Assembly: GCA_010356995.1 (NCBI GenBank)
Contig: ML996706.1
Span: forward strand, 501,789-565,788
Direction: 5' to 3'
Source of the DNA: Trichodelitschia bisporula
Lineage: Eukaryota
Length of the DNA stretch: 64,000 nt
The notes below the pieces were generated by a model. The model was not told where the DNA came from, did not search any database, and saw nothing but the letters and a program-made list of their open reading frames with translations. Each line of letters opens with the position of its first letter. Positions within the stretch are counted from its first letter, which is position 1. Position numbers and translations under genes: made by a program. Of this stretch, positions 12,999-25,303 are shown one piece after another.

Positions 12999-13227
12999 TG
13001 GAGGTACTTTTGAGGCTTCCGGCGATCAGGCCCGCGCCGCAGTCGCCGAAGGAGGAGGCTACGGTGTCTCGGATTAGCCGGGCGAGGTAGGCGGGTGTGC
13101 ACCTGTCGGAGGTGGGGTGGTGGAAGGCGAGTGTGTCTGGCACCGGGGTGGAGCTGGGGAGGGTATTGGGGGGTGGCGTCGGGTAGAGGATGTGGAGGAG
13201 GAGGTAGCGGTGCTTAAGGCGGACCAT
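12632..13227 (-). CDS. POP5: RNase P/MRP subunit Pop5 (Rpp14/Pop5 family)
   Basis: MVRLKHRYLL, FGDCGAG, YISPPTSTAIIRVSRDYYRLVWAAL, VVRCSGTIRKAEEEAVRRA; one intron. Stop position uncertain because of the homopolymer run. Confidence 0.88.
12676..12721. repeat. Poly(C) homopolymer, 46 nt
   Basis: Seen directly; reads as poly-Gly in the last POP5 exon. Confidence 0.9.
12966..12997. repeat. Poly(G) homopolymer, 32 nt
   Basis: Seen directly; lies inside the POP5 intron. Confidence 0.9.
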
Positions 13228-13670
13228 TGTGAGGCGGTGATGGTGTATGAGACGTGGTCTGAAGTTGCGGGGAGGCTTCCGATTCTACATGGTTGATGGA
13301 GAGTGTTGAACGTCAAAGCATGTGCCAAAATTAGTTCGTGAGCGGAGACTTGGCAGGACAGAGCTCTCTCTACGAGGTAGACCGAATATGAATTTGAAGT
13401 CTACGGTAAGGGCCAGTCAATTCACTACAGCGATCCTAGCTTCAAGCAGTACCTATTTCCTTGTAACCACAGTGTAGTGATGCTATTCGCGAAATTCTCC
13501 ACGTCCGCCGCACGTCAGCATCCCATCCCACGCCCGATCACGTGCGCGGCGCTACCCCGTCAACCCATGTTTTGTTTGCGCCCATCAACAACACCACCCC
13601 CCGCCAGCACGCGATACGATATCTCCAACCCACCCCCCCCCTCCACCACCTCAAAACCCACATACGCACA

Positions 13671-15176
13671 ATGGACTTCAACGGCCGCTACAGCATGGCG
13701 CGCGCGCAACAACCCCCAGGAACCTCACGCAAACAAGCCCCCGAAGAAGTCGACGCCTTCATGATGGTACTTCCCTCCCCCCCCCATCAAAAAACCCCCC
13801 AACTCAACTAACTCCCCCTCCCAGCCGGACACCGAGATAGCAACCTGCATAACCGAAATCGGCATCCCCTGCACCGTCCCCGACCTCCAAAAACCCGTCC
13901 CGCAACACATCCAGAAAATCTTCGAATACTTCGCCTACATCCTCATGAACACGAGCCGCGATGTCGTGTCGCCCGCCATGTCCGCCGCGGCAGCTGACAT
14001 CGCCGGCGCCGACGCGGATAGGCTGTATTCCGCCGATACGCGCGATCTCATGGGGCTCTTCGTCATGCTGCGCGGCTTGCTCGAGAAGTGTTCAATCGAT
14101 GATTTTGCGTTCTCAGACCTGTACCGCCCGACGCACGCCCGCCTGCAGAAGATCCTGAGTTATGTGATCAACTTCGTGCGTTTCCGCGAGAGCCAGACTT
14201 CCGTCATAGACACGCATTTCGACGAGGCAGAGCGCACGAAAGCGCGCGTCGCGCACCTCTATGCCGAAAAATCGGACCTGGAAGCGCGGCTCGCGGCTCT
14301 CCAACGTGCGCGCCCAGGGGTAGATAAGAGCGTCAAGGACAAGGAGGCCCGGCTTGCGGAGTTGAAGCCCCGTTTGCGGGCGCTGGATCAGACGAAGGAT
14401 AAATTGGCTGCTGAGTGGCACCGGTGCGAGGTGGAGACCGAGCGTTTGAAGGGTACGTACGAAGAGCGTGCGACGCAGCTGGATGGCCTGCGGGCGGAGG
14501 CGGCGCGTTTGAGGCCGTATACGGCGCATAAGCCGGATGCGCTTGAAGCCGGGGTGCGGGATTTGAATGCGGCGCTTGCGGGGGAGAGGGCGCTTATTGA
14601 AGCGCTTGAGCGGCGGACGAGGGCGCTTGGTAGCTCGGTGGAGGGATTCAGCGCTGTGTCTGGGGATGTCCAGGCTGTTACGCGGCTGCTGGCCGACCTT
14701 GCGGGGGAATTGGGGAAGGAAGAGGAGGAACGGGCGAAGGCGGCGCGGCATAGGGAGGCGTTGAGTGAGCGGGTTAGTTGTGTTGAGGATGTGGAGAGGC
14801 AGGAGCGGTTGCTGGTTAAGCAGCTTGATAGTATGAATGCCCGCACCGAGAAGTTGCGCAGGGGGGCGGAGGAGAAGAGTGAGGCTGCGCGGGTGAGGAT
14901 GGAGGAGCTTAAGGCTGTGCATGGGAAGTTGGTTAGGGAGAGGGGGGAGAAGGCGAGGGAGGTGGAGAGGAGGAGGGTGAGGATTGAGCAGACGGAGAAG
15001 AAGGTATGTCTTTCTGGCTCGTTTTGGAGTGTGTGTCTGGGTAAAGGCTAACGGGACAGATGGCCGATCTCAAGGAGAACATCGAGAACGAGGTTCACGC
15101 CGCACGGGAAGAGTATCTCAAGATGGAGAGCCATATCAAGCTCTACATCCACGAGATGGAGCAGAGCATCTCCTAG
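13671..15176 (+). CDS. NUF2: Kinetochore protein Nuf2
   Basis: [14 protein letters not shown] / [51 protein letters not shown], long coiled coil, last exon [32 protein letters not shown]. Confidence 0.92.
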
Positions 15177-15597
15177 TCTGCATGTTTGGGAATTTGAGCA
15201 ACGGGCGGCAACGACAGGTGGGAGGAGTCTGGTGTTTTGTTGGGCGGGTGTGCTTTGGAGGACGATGTGACGGACACGCAAGATACCAGGACAGATAATG
15301 GACGGAGTCTTAGTTTGGAATTCAATACTTTCCGCTGCGAGCGAATTTGCTGACACTGAAGACCTATTACAGAAGACTGAGTCGTCCAAATAGAGCTACT
15401 AAATGTGTGCTCGTAATGGATATAAAGCGCTATCAACCGCCAAAACGCCCTGTCGTACCATCATAATCAGCCATCAAACCTCCTGCCCACCAACGCCAAA
15501 GGTAAGCCAAACCAGTGTCCGAGCTGCAAGAAATTAAGGTTCTAAACACTTTAGCCCTAGCTGCAAAAGATCAAGAGTCTAAACGCTTTAGCCCACA

Positions 15598-16757
15598 TCA
15601 CAGCATGTCGGTATCCTCGCCATTACCATTCATAACCTCATCATCATCTTCCTCAACCTCTTCGCCGTCCAGTCCTAACCTCATCCGCGCAGGAATGTCC
15701 TTCTTGCTCCGCCGCGCCTCTTGCTCTGACCACTTCCGCGCACGCACCCACTCCTTGATCTTGGCCTCGCGATGTGCACCTTGGCTGCGCAGGATGGCCG
15801 AGTTGACGCGGTCAGCGACCTTGAGGCGCAGATCCGGGTTGAGCAGCTCGGAAAGCTGTGGCATCAAGGTCTCGGTCGAAAAGACGAGGAGAGCCATAGT
15901 TTTCTCAAGGTCGTCGAGGAACTCCCTGTTGGTCGAGGCACGCGGCGCCAGCTGCGTAGTGGCAAAGTTGAGCGCAGGCATGATGTCCGTCGACGGAGGA
16001 GCGAGCGTGGTGCGGATGAGCTCAATGAGTTGCAAACGCAGAAGTGCAAAATGCAGCGCGCCGTCACGCTCGAGGATCTAACTCTTGTCAGCCGCATCGC
16101 GAAGAAGCGTTAAGCAAAAAGAGTAAAGTATTGCGTTCATACTCTAAAATGAAGTTGAGTTATCTTCAGCACAGCCCGAAGGCTAAGAGTGGTGCATGTA
16201 TACTCATCTAATCATACGGCAAGGGGGAGACATGACGGGGAAAAATCGACTAACCTCTGGGTTCAACTCGTTGATACGCTCAATCGCCGTCTGGATGTTG
16301 CCTGCGTTGATAGCATTGCGAATCTCAACGCGTGCCTGCATCGACTCCTCATCCGGCGCCGGCTTGACGTTGGCTTCGACGGCAAACTTGCGCGCCGAGT
16401 TAGGGTAGCCCTCCTTGATGAGGTAGTCCATGATGACGGCGTTGATATCCCTATGCGCCATATTAGCAGCTGTCGGTTGGGATATGCGACAAGCAAACAG
16501 GTGAAACAGTCAATCAGATACAAGTTAACATGTTCTCCACACGGAATTTTCGGAGAGATTCCCAACTTGATGGTTCATCATGCGAGACAGGGAAGAGGAA
16601 GCACAAAGAGATACTCACATCTTGGATGGCTTGTGCTCCTCAACACGCCGCTCAAAACTGTGGCGAGTGGGAGTTGAAGGTGAGACGGTAGAGAAGCTCT
16701 GGCTTCATGTGAGCTGGAGGAATAGCAGCAGCAGAACCACTAGGGCCGCTGTACCAT
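15598..16757 (-). CDS. GID8: GID/CTLH E3 ligase subunit with LisH-CTLH-CRA domains (Gid8-like)
   Basis: STPTRHSFERRVEEHKPSK / DINAVIMDYLIKEGY (LisH), RVEIRNAINAGNIQTAIERINELNPE (CTLH) / LHFALLRLQLIELIR, FLDDLEKTMALL (CRA). The first coding exon appears to be ATG only. Confidence 0.85.
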
Positions 16758-17308
16758 GGTGAACAGCAGTCACCGCTGTTCCATGTGAAGCCTGGCGCGC
16801 AGAGCACAGCACAGGAGAGCTCGGCGTAGAGCAAGCGATGGGTGATGTTGCCGATAGAGAAGAATGGAGAGATTGGGGGAGTGAAGAGCTTTTTGTAGCT
16901 AGCGGGGAGGTCGGGGGGAGAAGGAAAGGAAGCGAAGAGGTTGAAGAGGGCTAGGAGCCGCAAGAGAAACTCGTAGCCGTCGTGCGCATGAATATTTGCG
17001 GACAGAAGCGGCAACGACTTTCTCATGTGGCCCCAAGAGAGGAGAGTGAAAGTGGGACCGGAAGCTTATGTCATACATGCACGGACCGCACGTGATATGC
17101 TAGCAATATGCCGAGCTTAGACTCGACCTAATTGGCCAGATGTTGAAGCTCGGAGCTCGGGGCAACAGCTCAACCTCGAATTCGAGACGACGCCGGTGAT
17201 ACGAGTAGAGCTCGTGAGGCTGCTGCGGGACAGTTGCCCACGACTTCATCGCATATGGACGTGGATTGAGGACTCTTTTCTCCTTTTATCTCGTGAATCT
17301 ACCGAAGC

Positions 17309-18818
17309 AATGGCGCATTTAGGAAGTCCTCCGCCGTCCCCATCACCATCCCCATCTCCACTCTCCGCTCCACAATCCTCCCCACCCTCCCCCGTGACAT
17401 CTGCCACAATGGCGACCGACGAACCGCCCTCCCTCTCCCAGCGCGCGCACTACTCGCCGCCATGGGCAAATACGAGCATAATTGGCATCGCCGGAAGCTC
17501 CGGCTCGGGGAAGACGTCGCTCGCGCTGGCGATAATCGCCTCGCTGAACCTGCCGTGGGTGGTGATTCTGTCCATGGTATGCCCAGATATACATCTATCC
17601 AGTCTCCAGTCCCAGCTAACAGCACGACTTCAGGACTCCTACTACAAGCCCCTAACCCCCGCCCAATCCCGCCTCGCCTTCGCCAACGAATTCGACTTCG
17701 ACTCCCCCGACGCAATCGACTTCGACATCCTCGTCTGCAACCTACGCGCCATCCAGGCGGGCAAAAAAGCCGAAGTCCCCGTGTACTCCTTCGAGAAACA
17801 CGCCCGCCTCCCTAAGACCACAAGCATCTACTCCCCCCACGTCCTGATTCTAGAAGGCATCTTCGCCCTCCACGACCCGCGCGTGCTGTCCATGCTCGAC
17901 CTCAAAGTCTTCGCCGAAGCAGACGCCGACCTCTGCCTCTCCCGGCGCCTCCTCCGCGACGTCCAATCCCGCGGCCGCGACGTGTCGGGGTGCATAAAGC
18001 AATGGTTCAAATTCGTCAAGCCCAACTTCAGAAAATACGTCGAACCCCAGCGCGACCTCGCCGACATCATCGTCCCCCGCGGCATCGAGAACAAAGTCGC
18101 AATCGACATGATAACATCCCTAATCCGTCGCACCCTCCTGCAAAAATCCCACCTCCACACAAGCCACCTAGCTTCCCTCTCGCGTCTGACCCGCCCCCAC
18201 CCCTTGCCGGATAGTATATCCACCCTGCCACGCACACCGCAAACCCGCGCCCTGACGCACACGCTCACCCTCCCGACTACTTCGCGAGAAACATTTATCC
18301 ACACGTTCGACCGCCTGGCCACACTGCTCATTGAGCAGGCCCTCACATATGCGCCTTTCGTGCCCCACACCGTAACAACGCCCACAGGCCACTCGTACGC
18401 CGGGCTCACGGAGGAAGGCGAAGTCAGCACGGTCCTGCTCCTGCGTGGCGGATCCTGTCTCGACACCGCGCTGCGCCGTTCACTCCCCGATTGCCGCGAG
18501 GGCCGCCTGCTCATCCAAACCGACCACCGCACCGGGGAACCAGCTCTACATTTCCGCGCTCTACCCAAGGACATCGCCTCCCATAGCCTGGTCCTTTTGT
18601 TGGATGCGCAGATGAGCTCCGGGGGCGCGGCGTTGATGGCCGTACGCGTGCTTGTTGATCACGGTGTTGCGGAGGAGAGGATCGTGCTTGTTGCGTTTGA
18701 GGCTGGACGGGACGGGGTGGCGAGGCTGGTGGGTGTTTTTCCTGGTGTTCGGGTTGTGGTTGCTAGACTGGGGGGTGGGGAGGGGAGGTGGGTTGAGGGA
18801 AGGTATTTGGGGTGTTGA
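17309..18818 (+). CDS. URK1: Uridine kinase with C-terminal UPRT-like domain
   Basis: P-loop IGIAGSSGSGKT, DFDSPDAID, LILEGIFAL, RDVQSRGRD, ADIIVPRG; C-terminal LLDAQMSSGGAALMAV; in-frame intron ~17577-17633. Confidence 0.92.
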
Positions 18819-18922
18819 TATCAGTGGGCGCGACGTATATACACCTGCATACATCTGGGATGGGAAGCGGTTTAATGACTACGGGCTATGTCTACTGAGC
18901 TTCACTGCCACCGTCCACCAGC

Positions 18923-19950
18923 CTAGCCCTGCATCTCGATCCCCCCAGCGCCATGCAGCGTCTCTCCCGTGAAATACGATCCCAGCGGCGAAGCTAGGAA
19001 CACATACGCCGTAGCCACCTCGACAGGCATACCGGGGCGGTTCAGCGGTTCTTCGCCGTGCGTGCCCAGACCCTCCATCGCCTCGGGCGGATTTCCCTTG
19101 GTCGCGGACTGGAGGGGCGTCCAGCTGGGATGACGTCAGCAAGAAATAGACATGGAAGTGGGAAAGGAGGGAAGACGCACATAATCCCCGGCGCAACAGC
19201 ATTGACCCGAATACCCTTGCCCGCTAGCTGCTGCGCCAGCGAGCGTGTAAATGTGGTTATCGCCCCCTTGGTGCTGGAGTAGTCGACTAGTTGCGGGTTG
19301 CCCATGTAGCCCGCCACGGACGCTGAATTCACGATCACAGACCCGCGCTTCATGTGCGGGACGGCGTACTTTGTGAGCGCGAACATGGAGAGGATGTTCG
19401 TGCGGTACGTCTTTTCAACCACGGAGAGATCGATTTGCGTGATGTCTTCTGAAATCTCCTGCATCGCGGCTGCGTCGCGTCAGCCTTGCCCAGCATCCAC
19501 CCAAAACCGCAACTCACCGTTATTAACCAGCACATCCACCCTCCCAAACTTCTCCACATGCTTCTCTACAAACTGTTTGCACTGGTTCTCATCTTTCACA
19601 TCCCCCGGCATGAGATTCACCCTCCTCCCCTCCTTCTCAATCCGCTCCGCCGTCCACTTCGCATCCTCCTCTTCCTCCGGCAGATACACAATGGACAAGT
19701 CCGCGCCCTCGCGCGCCATCAGCAGCGCCACCGCGCGCCCGATCCCCGAATCGCCGCCCGTGATCAGCACCGCTTTGTCCTTCAATAGCCCGCGCCCCTC
19801 GTATTCTTTCAGGTAGGGCTTGCCGTCGGAGGACCAGTGCTCGAGTTGCGTCCATGCGGCGGGAGGGTCGAGGTTTGCGTCGAGCCCTGGGCCGCCGGTT
19901 TGGGATTGCGGCTTTATGCTTGTGGAGGGGTAGGCTGTGGGGGTCGGCAT
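18923..19950 (-). CDS. Short-chain dehydrogenase/reductase (YghA/YhdF-like)
   Basis: TGGDSGIGRA, VLVNN, YSSTK catalytic motif, IRVNAVAPG.IWTPL; two introns; ends GGIEMQG*. Confidence 0.92.
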
Positions 19951-20764
19951 TGTGTGTTGCGAGTATGTAGGTATTTGTGGTTAGGTCTTGGTTTGGTAGT
20001 TTGGGGTCAATGTGCGGGAGATTGGAGGATTGGAGAGGAATTGGTGAGGGAATTGAAGATGAGGGGTTTCATGACGGATCGTCGGGGGATTTATGTTGGA
20101 CGGGCAGATCGCGATTGCCATGTTTGCCTTATGGGGAGTGTTTATGTGCCGCAGTATGAAGTCAATGGGACGTCATCGCCGAGGGGTCGGGATTGGTGGG
20201 GTGGTGGGGTTGCCTTGCACCGTGGGAGGGAGCAGCTCCTCGCTTCAATTGAGCTCTTTTCGCAGAGCCTTCTATAGATGGCTTCTCGAACAGGCTGCTC
20301 TGCATCTAATGCAGCTTACAGATTGTGGTGATAATAGCTCCTTGACACGGCGTGCTTCCGTGCTGCATCTAACGCGGCTATCAAATTGGAGCGAGGATGC
20401 TTGCTTGAGGCTGAGATTTCGGGAGGCGACACAGAGCTGATGCGAGACGACGCAGTCCTTGATTGTCACCTCGATCCTGCAATTCATCCCTACCAACCTC
20501 GCAAGATTGCTGCTTAATGACGGAGATGACTGTCTCGCATCTGGTCCGTGAAAACAGCCTCCACCTCCTCATCTCAGCGTCAGTGGCACGTAAACTCGAC
20601 AAGACGGCATAGTACACGCTCTGCCTGGCTGTCAAGCACATGTGAGGTTGAAAGAAGTTACTGCCGTTACAAGGCAAGGTTCAAAATAACCGAGCCATCA
20701 CTAACTGCCCATCCATCCCTCATTGCAACGAAGCAGCCGTCTCTACGCAACCAGATTCCGAAAT

Positions 20765-21195
20765 TTACGCTTCAATGTACTTCTTGATAGCCGTCTCAAT
20801 AGCCGGTGGGTTCGCACCCACCACCTCGCCCAGCTTCTCGCCGTTCTTGAAGAAATAGAACGTGGGCATGGCACGCACACCCAGCTCGGCAGCGGCGTCG
20901 GCCACGTCGTCGACGTCGAGCTTGTAGAACTTGGCGTCGGGGTACCTTTTGGAGAATCTGCCATGTGTCAGTCCATATCCTCTCTTTTTCTCCGGTATTC
21001 GGGGGACGTACTCGACGATCTTGGGCGCGACGACCTTGCAGGGACCGCACCACGTCGCGAAGCAGTCGATCACGACGAGCTTGTCGCTCTGGATGAGCTC
21101 ATTGAGAGCCTGCTTGCTGCGCGGGGGTCAGCGCGTTTTCATCGCAGGAGGCGCAGAGCTTACCTTTGAAGGTTGTGGACGCCGCCTTCGCTCAT
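20765..21195 (-). CDS. Thioredoxin
   Basis: MSEGGVHNLQ / VVIDCFATWCGPCK / FYKLDVD..VRAMPTF; two introns. Confidence 0.96.
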
Positions 21196-22166
21196 TTTGC
21201 TGGTGGTGCTGAATCTGAAGGCTTGGGGATAGAAGATGGGTTGTGGGCGGTAGGGGGCTCTTGTGACAGAGGTAAGTATGGATCTGCGGAGAGGTTGAGC
21301 GGCGAACATGGAGAGGAAGGGGAGTTAGATATATACACGGACGAGGGGCAGGCGGGGAGGTTTGGCGGCTTGTTTCTTTGCGGGGCGGACAGGGCTTTAG
21401 CGATGGGTGGCGCCAAGTGCCCGGGATATGTTGGGAGGGGTGACAAATGGGGGATGACGAAAGCGATGTGATATGATATTTTCACGACGTACCTCGATTC
21501 TAGCAGTGGGAATACTGTAGGAAGGCGGAGTTGGGAAGGCGGAAATAGTGATCACAAAAACTGACAGAGGGTGGCGCGAGTAGATATCAAATGATGGAGG
21601 TGGTTATAAAGCGCATGACTTCAGCCCTTCAGCCCGACTGATCTGCTTAGATATCCAGACATTCCAGGCTCTCGTTCCCTTGCCTTCGCTCCTGATCGAT
21701 ATTTGCTACTGGTCAATGAAGGGATAGTAGGGCAGGCACGTCATCACTAGCCTTCCACGTTCGATGCACGAGTACACGCTATTCGCTCCCTTCTCTCCCT
21801 TCGCTGCCCTTCGCTTATTCACCCTCAAGGCCCAAAGTGTCGTCATGCATCTACCCCTCACCTCAACCCCGCACCGTCCGCATGCGAAAGGCACGAACAA
21901 CCGCCTCGTCGGAATGCTGGGCGCTGCCTTTGCGCGCAGAAAGTGGCTGTGCGATAAGCTTCAAGCCTTATAGGCACCAGCATGCCACAGGCGCCACAAT
22001 CGCGCGGAATTGAGCCACGTATATACGCCTGTGCCACAACGGGGTCAACTTCTGCGACGCATCACATCTTGGCATTTGATGCCGCTCCCTATCTTTAACT
22101 CCCACGTTCTCTCCGATCTACGTCTGGCCCTGCCTCAAACAATCTTTTACTCGAGATAGTCTCACC

Positions 22167-23005
22167 ATGGCGCGTATGAATTCATTGTCTGCCGCTCGGG
22201 GCCGCGCTATCCCCCGCTCCACTACTCGCTCAGTCACCGTCGATGACTCGTTCTTTACCTCGTCCAACCCGGGCCATGCGTATGGCACACGTCGGGCTGA
22301 TCCTGGGGAACCTTCGACCGGCTCCCGCGCGGCTGCTGAGGCTCGCGCCGCCCGCGCCCGTGCCGTGTTTCAGCAGAGTGGTGGGAAGGGTTCTAGAGGT
22401 CTAGGCGTCTCTGGTCTTAAGCGTCACCGGTAGGACTCATGTTGGCCTTTCTCATATCAAGCTGATTACTTGTAGCAAGGTGCTACGCGACAACATAAAT
22501 GGCATCACCAAGGGTGACGTTCGGTGCACATTATGGTGCTCTTGTTGTATAATTCGACGGGTTACTGACACTCTGTAGTCGCATGGCTCGTCGTGGCGGG
22601 GTCAAGCGCATCTCTTCAGATATCTACTCTGCTGCTCGCCTTGCGTTGAGGGAGCGGCTGAGTCTTGTATGCTGCTATCTAACGGGAGACATGGAGCTTG
22701 TTTGCTGATATATCATAGCTACTGAAGCAGATCGTTCTCATGGTTGGTACGTACTGGCATGTGCAGTATGTATCTGAGACTACGCTAACTATCACAGAGG
22801 TGTGCAACCGGAAGACAGTCACTGTCATGGACGTAGTTTGGGTGCTCAACAGGGTATGGTCCTCCAAGCCCTAGGAAGAAAGTCATGCTAACAGTAGTCC
22901 ACAGAACGGCGCCCCGATTTACGTGAGTGACATTGTCGACGCGTATCGTCCTCCTACTGACAGTTGCAGGGCTTCGGTGAGCCTGAGTTTGGCCGCCACA
23001 AGTAG
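22167..23005 (+). CDS. Divergent histone H4 variant with ~70-aa N-terminal extension (hH4v/H4E-like)
   Basis: Six GT-AG introns splice to [81 protein letters not shown]. Confidence 0.9.
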
Positions 23006-23848
23006 TTTCTGTTGGGATTTCTGCATCTCGCTTATGATACCCACGGTCTGTCCGGTCTTCGGCGTTATGGGACACTCTTTCGGACATTATCTAGCGGAGT
23101 TCAGCGGGGCGACGGGTCACAAATTCTCAACATAGTCGGGTTGTGTACGGCAGATAGCGCAATGAACCAGGCTTTTCCACGGAGTTTCTCCCCTTCTTTT
23201 CCGGACATGCATAGATGGTGATTTGCCCACCGCAGCGCGACGCGCATAGCGTAAGCCCGGACCCGGCGATGGTTACACGGCGTCTTTTGACGCTTTGTAG
23301 CACCCGATTCCATTCACGTCCGATATCTGACAGCGCGCCCCAAGCAGGCAACCCAGTTCGCTCTTTCGTTGCGGTGGCCCGGACGTTTCGGAGGATTCAA
23401 ATCCACAATGACCTGCAGGAACAGGATCATTCGCTTGTTCCGGTGCCACACCCTACTGCACTCACCCCGTTACAGAGTGTCTGCGGCTGAGATGTCCACA
23501 CCGTCGGGTCTTGGACAAGCGTTTCATGTTTTATTTGCCCGCATCCTGGTGCTCGGGATGAATCTCGGAGGCGTGGTTGTGCAGCGTTAAGCCACCGGAA
23601 TATCGGCGATTTCATGGGTTTGAAAGCCCGGTTTCTGGGAATGCGAGGCTGAGAGTGGGATGAAGGAGCTTGTGGTGTTGGGTGTCTTTTTTCTGGTGAG
23701 TATATATGGACTGGAGAGGGTTGGCATTTCTGGTTCTTCGTCAAGCATCGTCCTTCCCATTCTGCCCTTTTCACGGCTCACTCGCTCGCTAGCCGTACTC
23801 TAACTCTTCGCCATTCGTTCAGTGTCCACGGGTGGTCATTCTTTCACG

Positions 23849-25303
23849 ATGATTTTCCCTCTTCTCGCGTTGGCTCTGCCCGGCCTGGTCATCGCTAGCT
23901 CGGAGGCGCCTTGCTCGACTAGCAGCTTCACTGCGGTCGTGGATCCGACTCTGACGGCTTCCATCTCGGGACATGCGAGCTCCGGGCGTGTCAAGCCCGC
24001 TCATTCATCTCGCCGCCCCGCGCTATCAAATACGACCACGCGTGCCCCATCCCCTGTGGACGACGAACCGACCACGCCTCTCCTCGCCTCAACCTCCACA
24101 GAGACCCCAACCATCTTCAACGTCTCAAGCAAATTTCCCTTCTCCCTCTCCGGCTCCACCCTCATCCACCTCACTACCGCCTCCCTCCTCCCCCGCTCCG
24201 AACCCTGCACAACCCACACCACCTCCACCACCGTCACAGTCACCGTGGACCCAACCACCACCTCCATGGCCGCATTCATAACCCCCTGGTCCGCCGGCAT
24301 CTCAGACGCGCAGTATGAGACGGCGGCCGCCCCCCCTCCGGTTGTGTTCGTAGCTCAGGCTCAGGCAGGGGTGAGCGGGACGAACACCACGCTCACGCGG
24401 ACGGAGGCGAGGACTAGGACCGCCACCCTGGTACTCACCGACCCGCGCACCTCGCTCACATTCACGGATGCCAGCACCAGCGCTACGGCGACGCTGACGA
24501 TCACCGAGCCGCTCACAGACACGGCTGATGCGGACATGGCTGATGCCGAGCTGGCGTCTACGAGTTATGATCTGCTGAGCAAATACCCCTTCAGTCTGTC
24601 CGGGAGCACGATCATCCACCTCTCCACCGTGACGGGCCTGGGTAAGCGCAGGCGCGCATATGCGACTGGGCATGCGGGGAGTGTGAACCCGGAGGCTACG
24701 GGGCGTCCGGAGGCGAAGAATGAGACGGGGCATCATCACGAGCACGGGGCTAACTCGACGGCCGAGAATCCAGCACCTACCTCCACGGACCTGACCATCG
24801 CCTCGGCAGCCGCGCTTGCCGTTCCCGCTGCCGCTCCCGCTGCCGCTACGACGCAGGCTCCGGCCGAAGCTCCGGCAACCACGGAGGAAGCGGCGACGAG
24901 TTATAACTTACTGAGCAAATATCCCTTCTCGCTGTCTGGGAGTACGATCATTCACCTCTCCACCGTGACGGAGCTGGGTAAGCGCGAGGAGCCGTGCACA
25001 ACCCACGCCTCGCCCTCCCCCTCGGGCACGGACAAGAGCGTATCCTTCGGACATCCGCCCTCGGGTGTGCCGGCAAGGTCAACGCTTTTGACGGTTGCGT
25101 CGGGGGTGGGTAATGGTTTTGGCGATACTGTGCGCTCGAGTCTTGAGACGGGTGGGTTCCCGAGTGCGTCGGACGCTGGGCATGAGAGGCGGTATCAGTC
25201 GCCGGACTGGCGCCGGCGGGATCAACCGCCGACATGGCGCCGTCGGGATCAACCGCCGGCCTGGCGCCGGCGTCGTGGGGTTGCGGTGCTGCCGGCGGTT
25301 TGA
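23849..25303 (+). CDS. Secreted Ser/Thr/Ala-rich repeat protein with basic processing sites
   Basis: Signal-like MIFPLLALALPGLVIAS; three copies of SK(F/Y)PFSLSGST(L/I)IHL(T/S)T; tail RR-YQSPDW-RRR-DQPPTW-RRR-DQPPAW-RRRR. Confidence 0.75.
   Translation: MIFPLLALALPGLVIASSEAPCSTSSFTAVVDPTLTASISGHASSGRVKPAHSSRRPALSNTTTRAPSPVDDEPTTPLLASTSTETPTIFNVSSKFPFSLSGSTLIHLTTASLLPRSEPCTTHTTSTTVTVTVDPTTTSMAAFITPWSAGISDAQYETAAAPPPVVFVAQAQAGVSGTNTTLTRTEARTRTATLVLTDPRTSLTFTDASTSATATLTITEPLTDTADADMADAELASTSYDLLSKYPFSLSGSTIIHLSTVTGLGKRRRAYATGHAGSVNPEATGRPEAKNETGHHHEHGANSTAENPAPTSTDLTIASAAALAVPAAAPAAATTQAPAEAPATTEEAATSYNLLSKYPFSLSGSTIIHLSTVTELGKREEPCTTHASPSPSGTDKSVSFGHPPSGVPARSTLLTVASGVGNGFGDTVRSSLETGGFPSASDAGHERRYQSPDWRRRDQPPTWRRRDQPPAWRRRRGVAVLPAV

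Noticed and set aside
10950..23005. Chromosome-segregation gene cluster (BUB3, NUF2, H4 variant)
   Set aside because: Interspersed with unrelated housekeeping genes; proximity alone is not evidence without synteny data.
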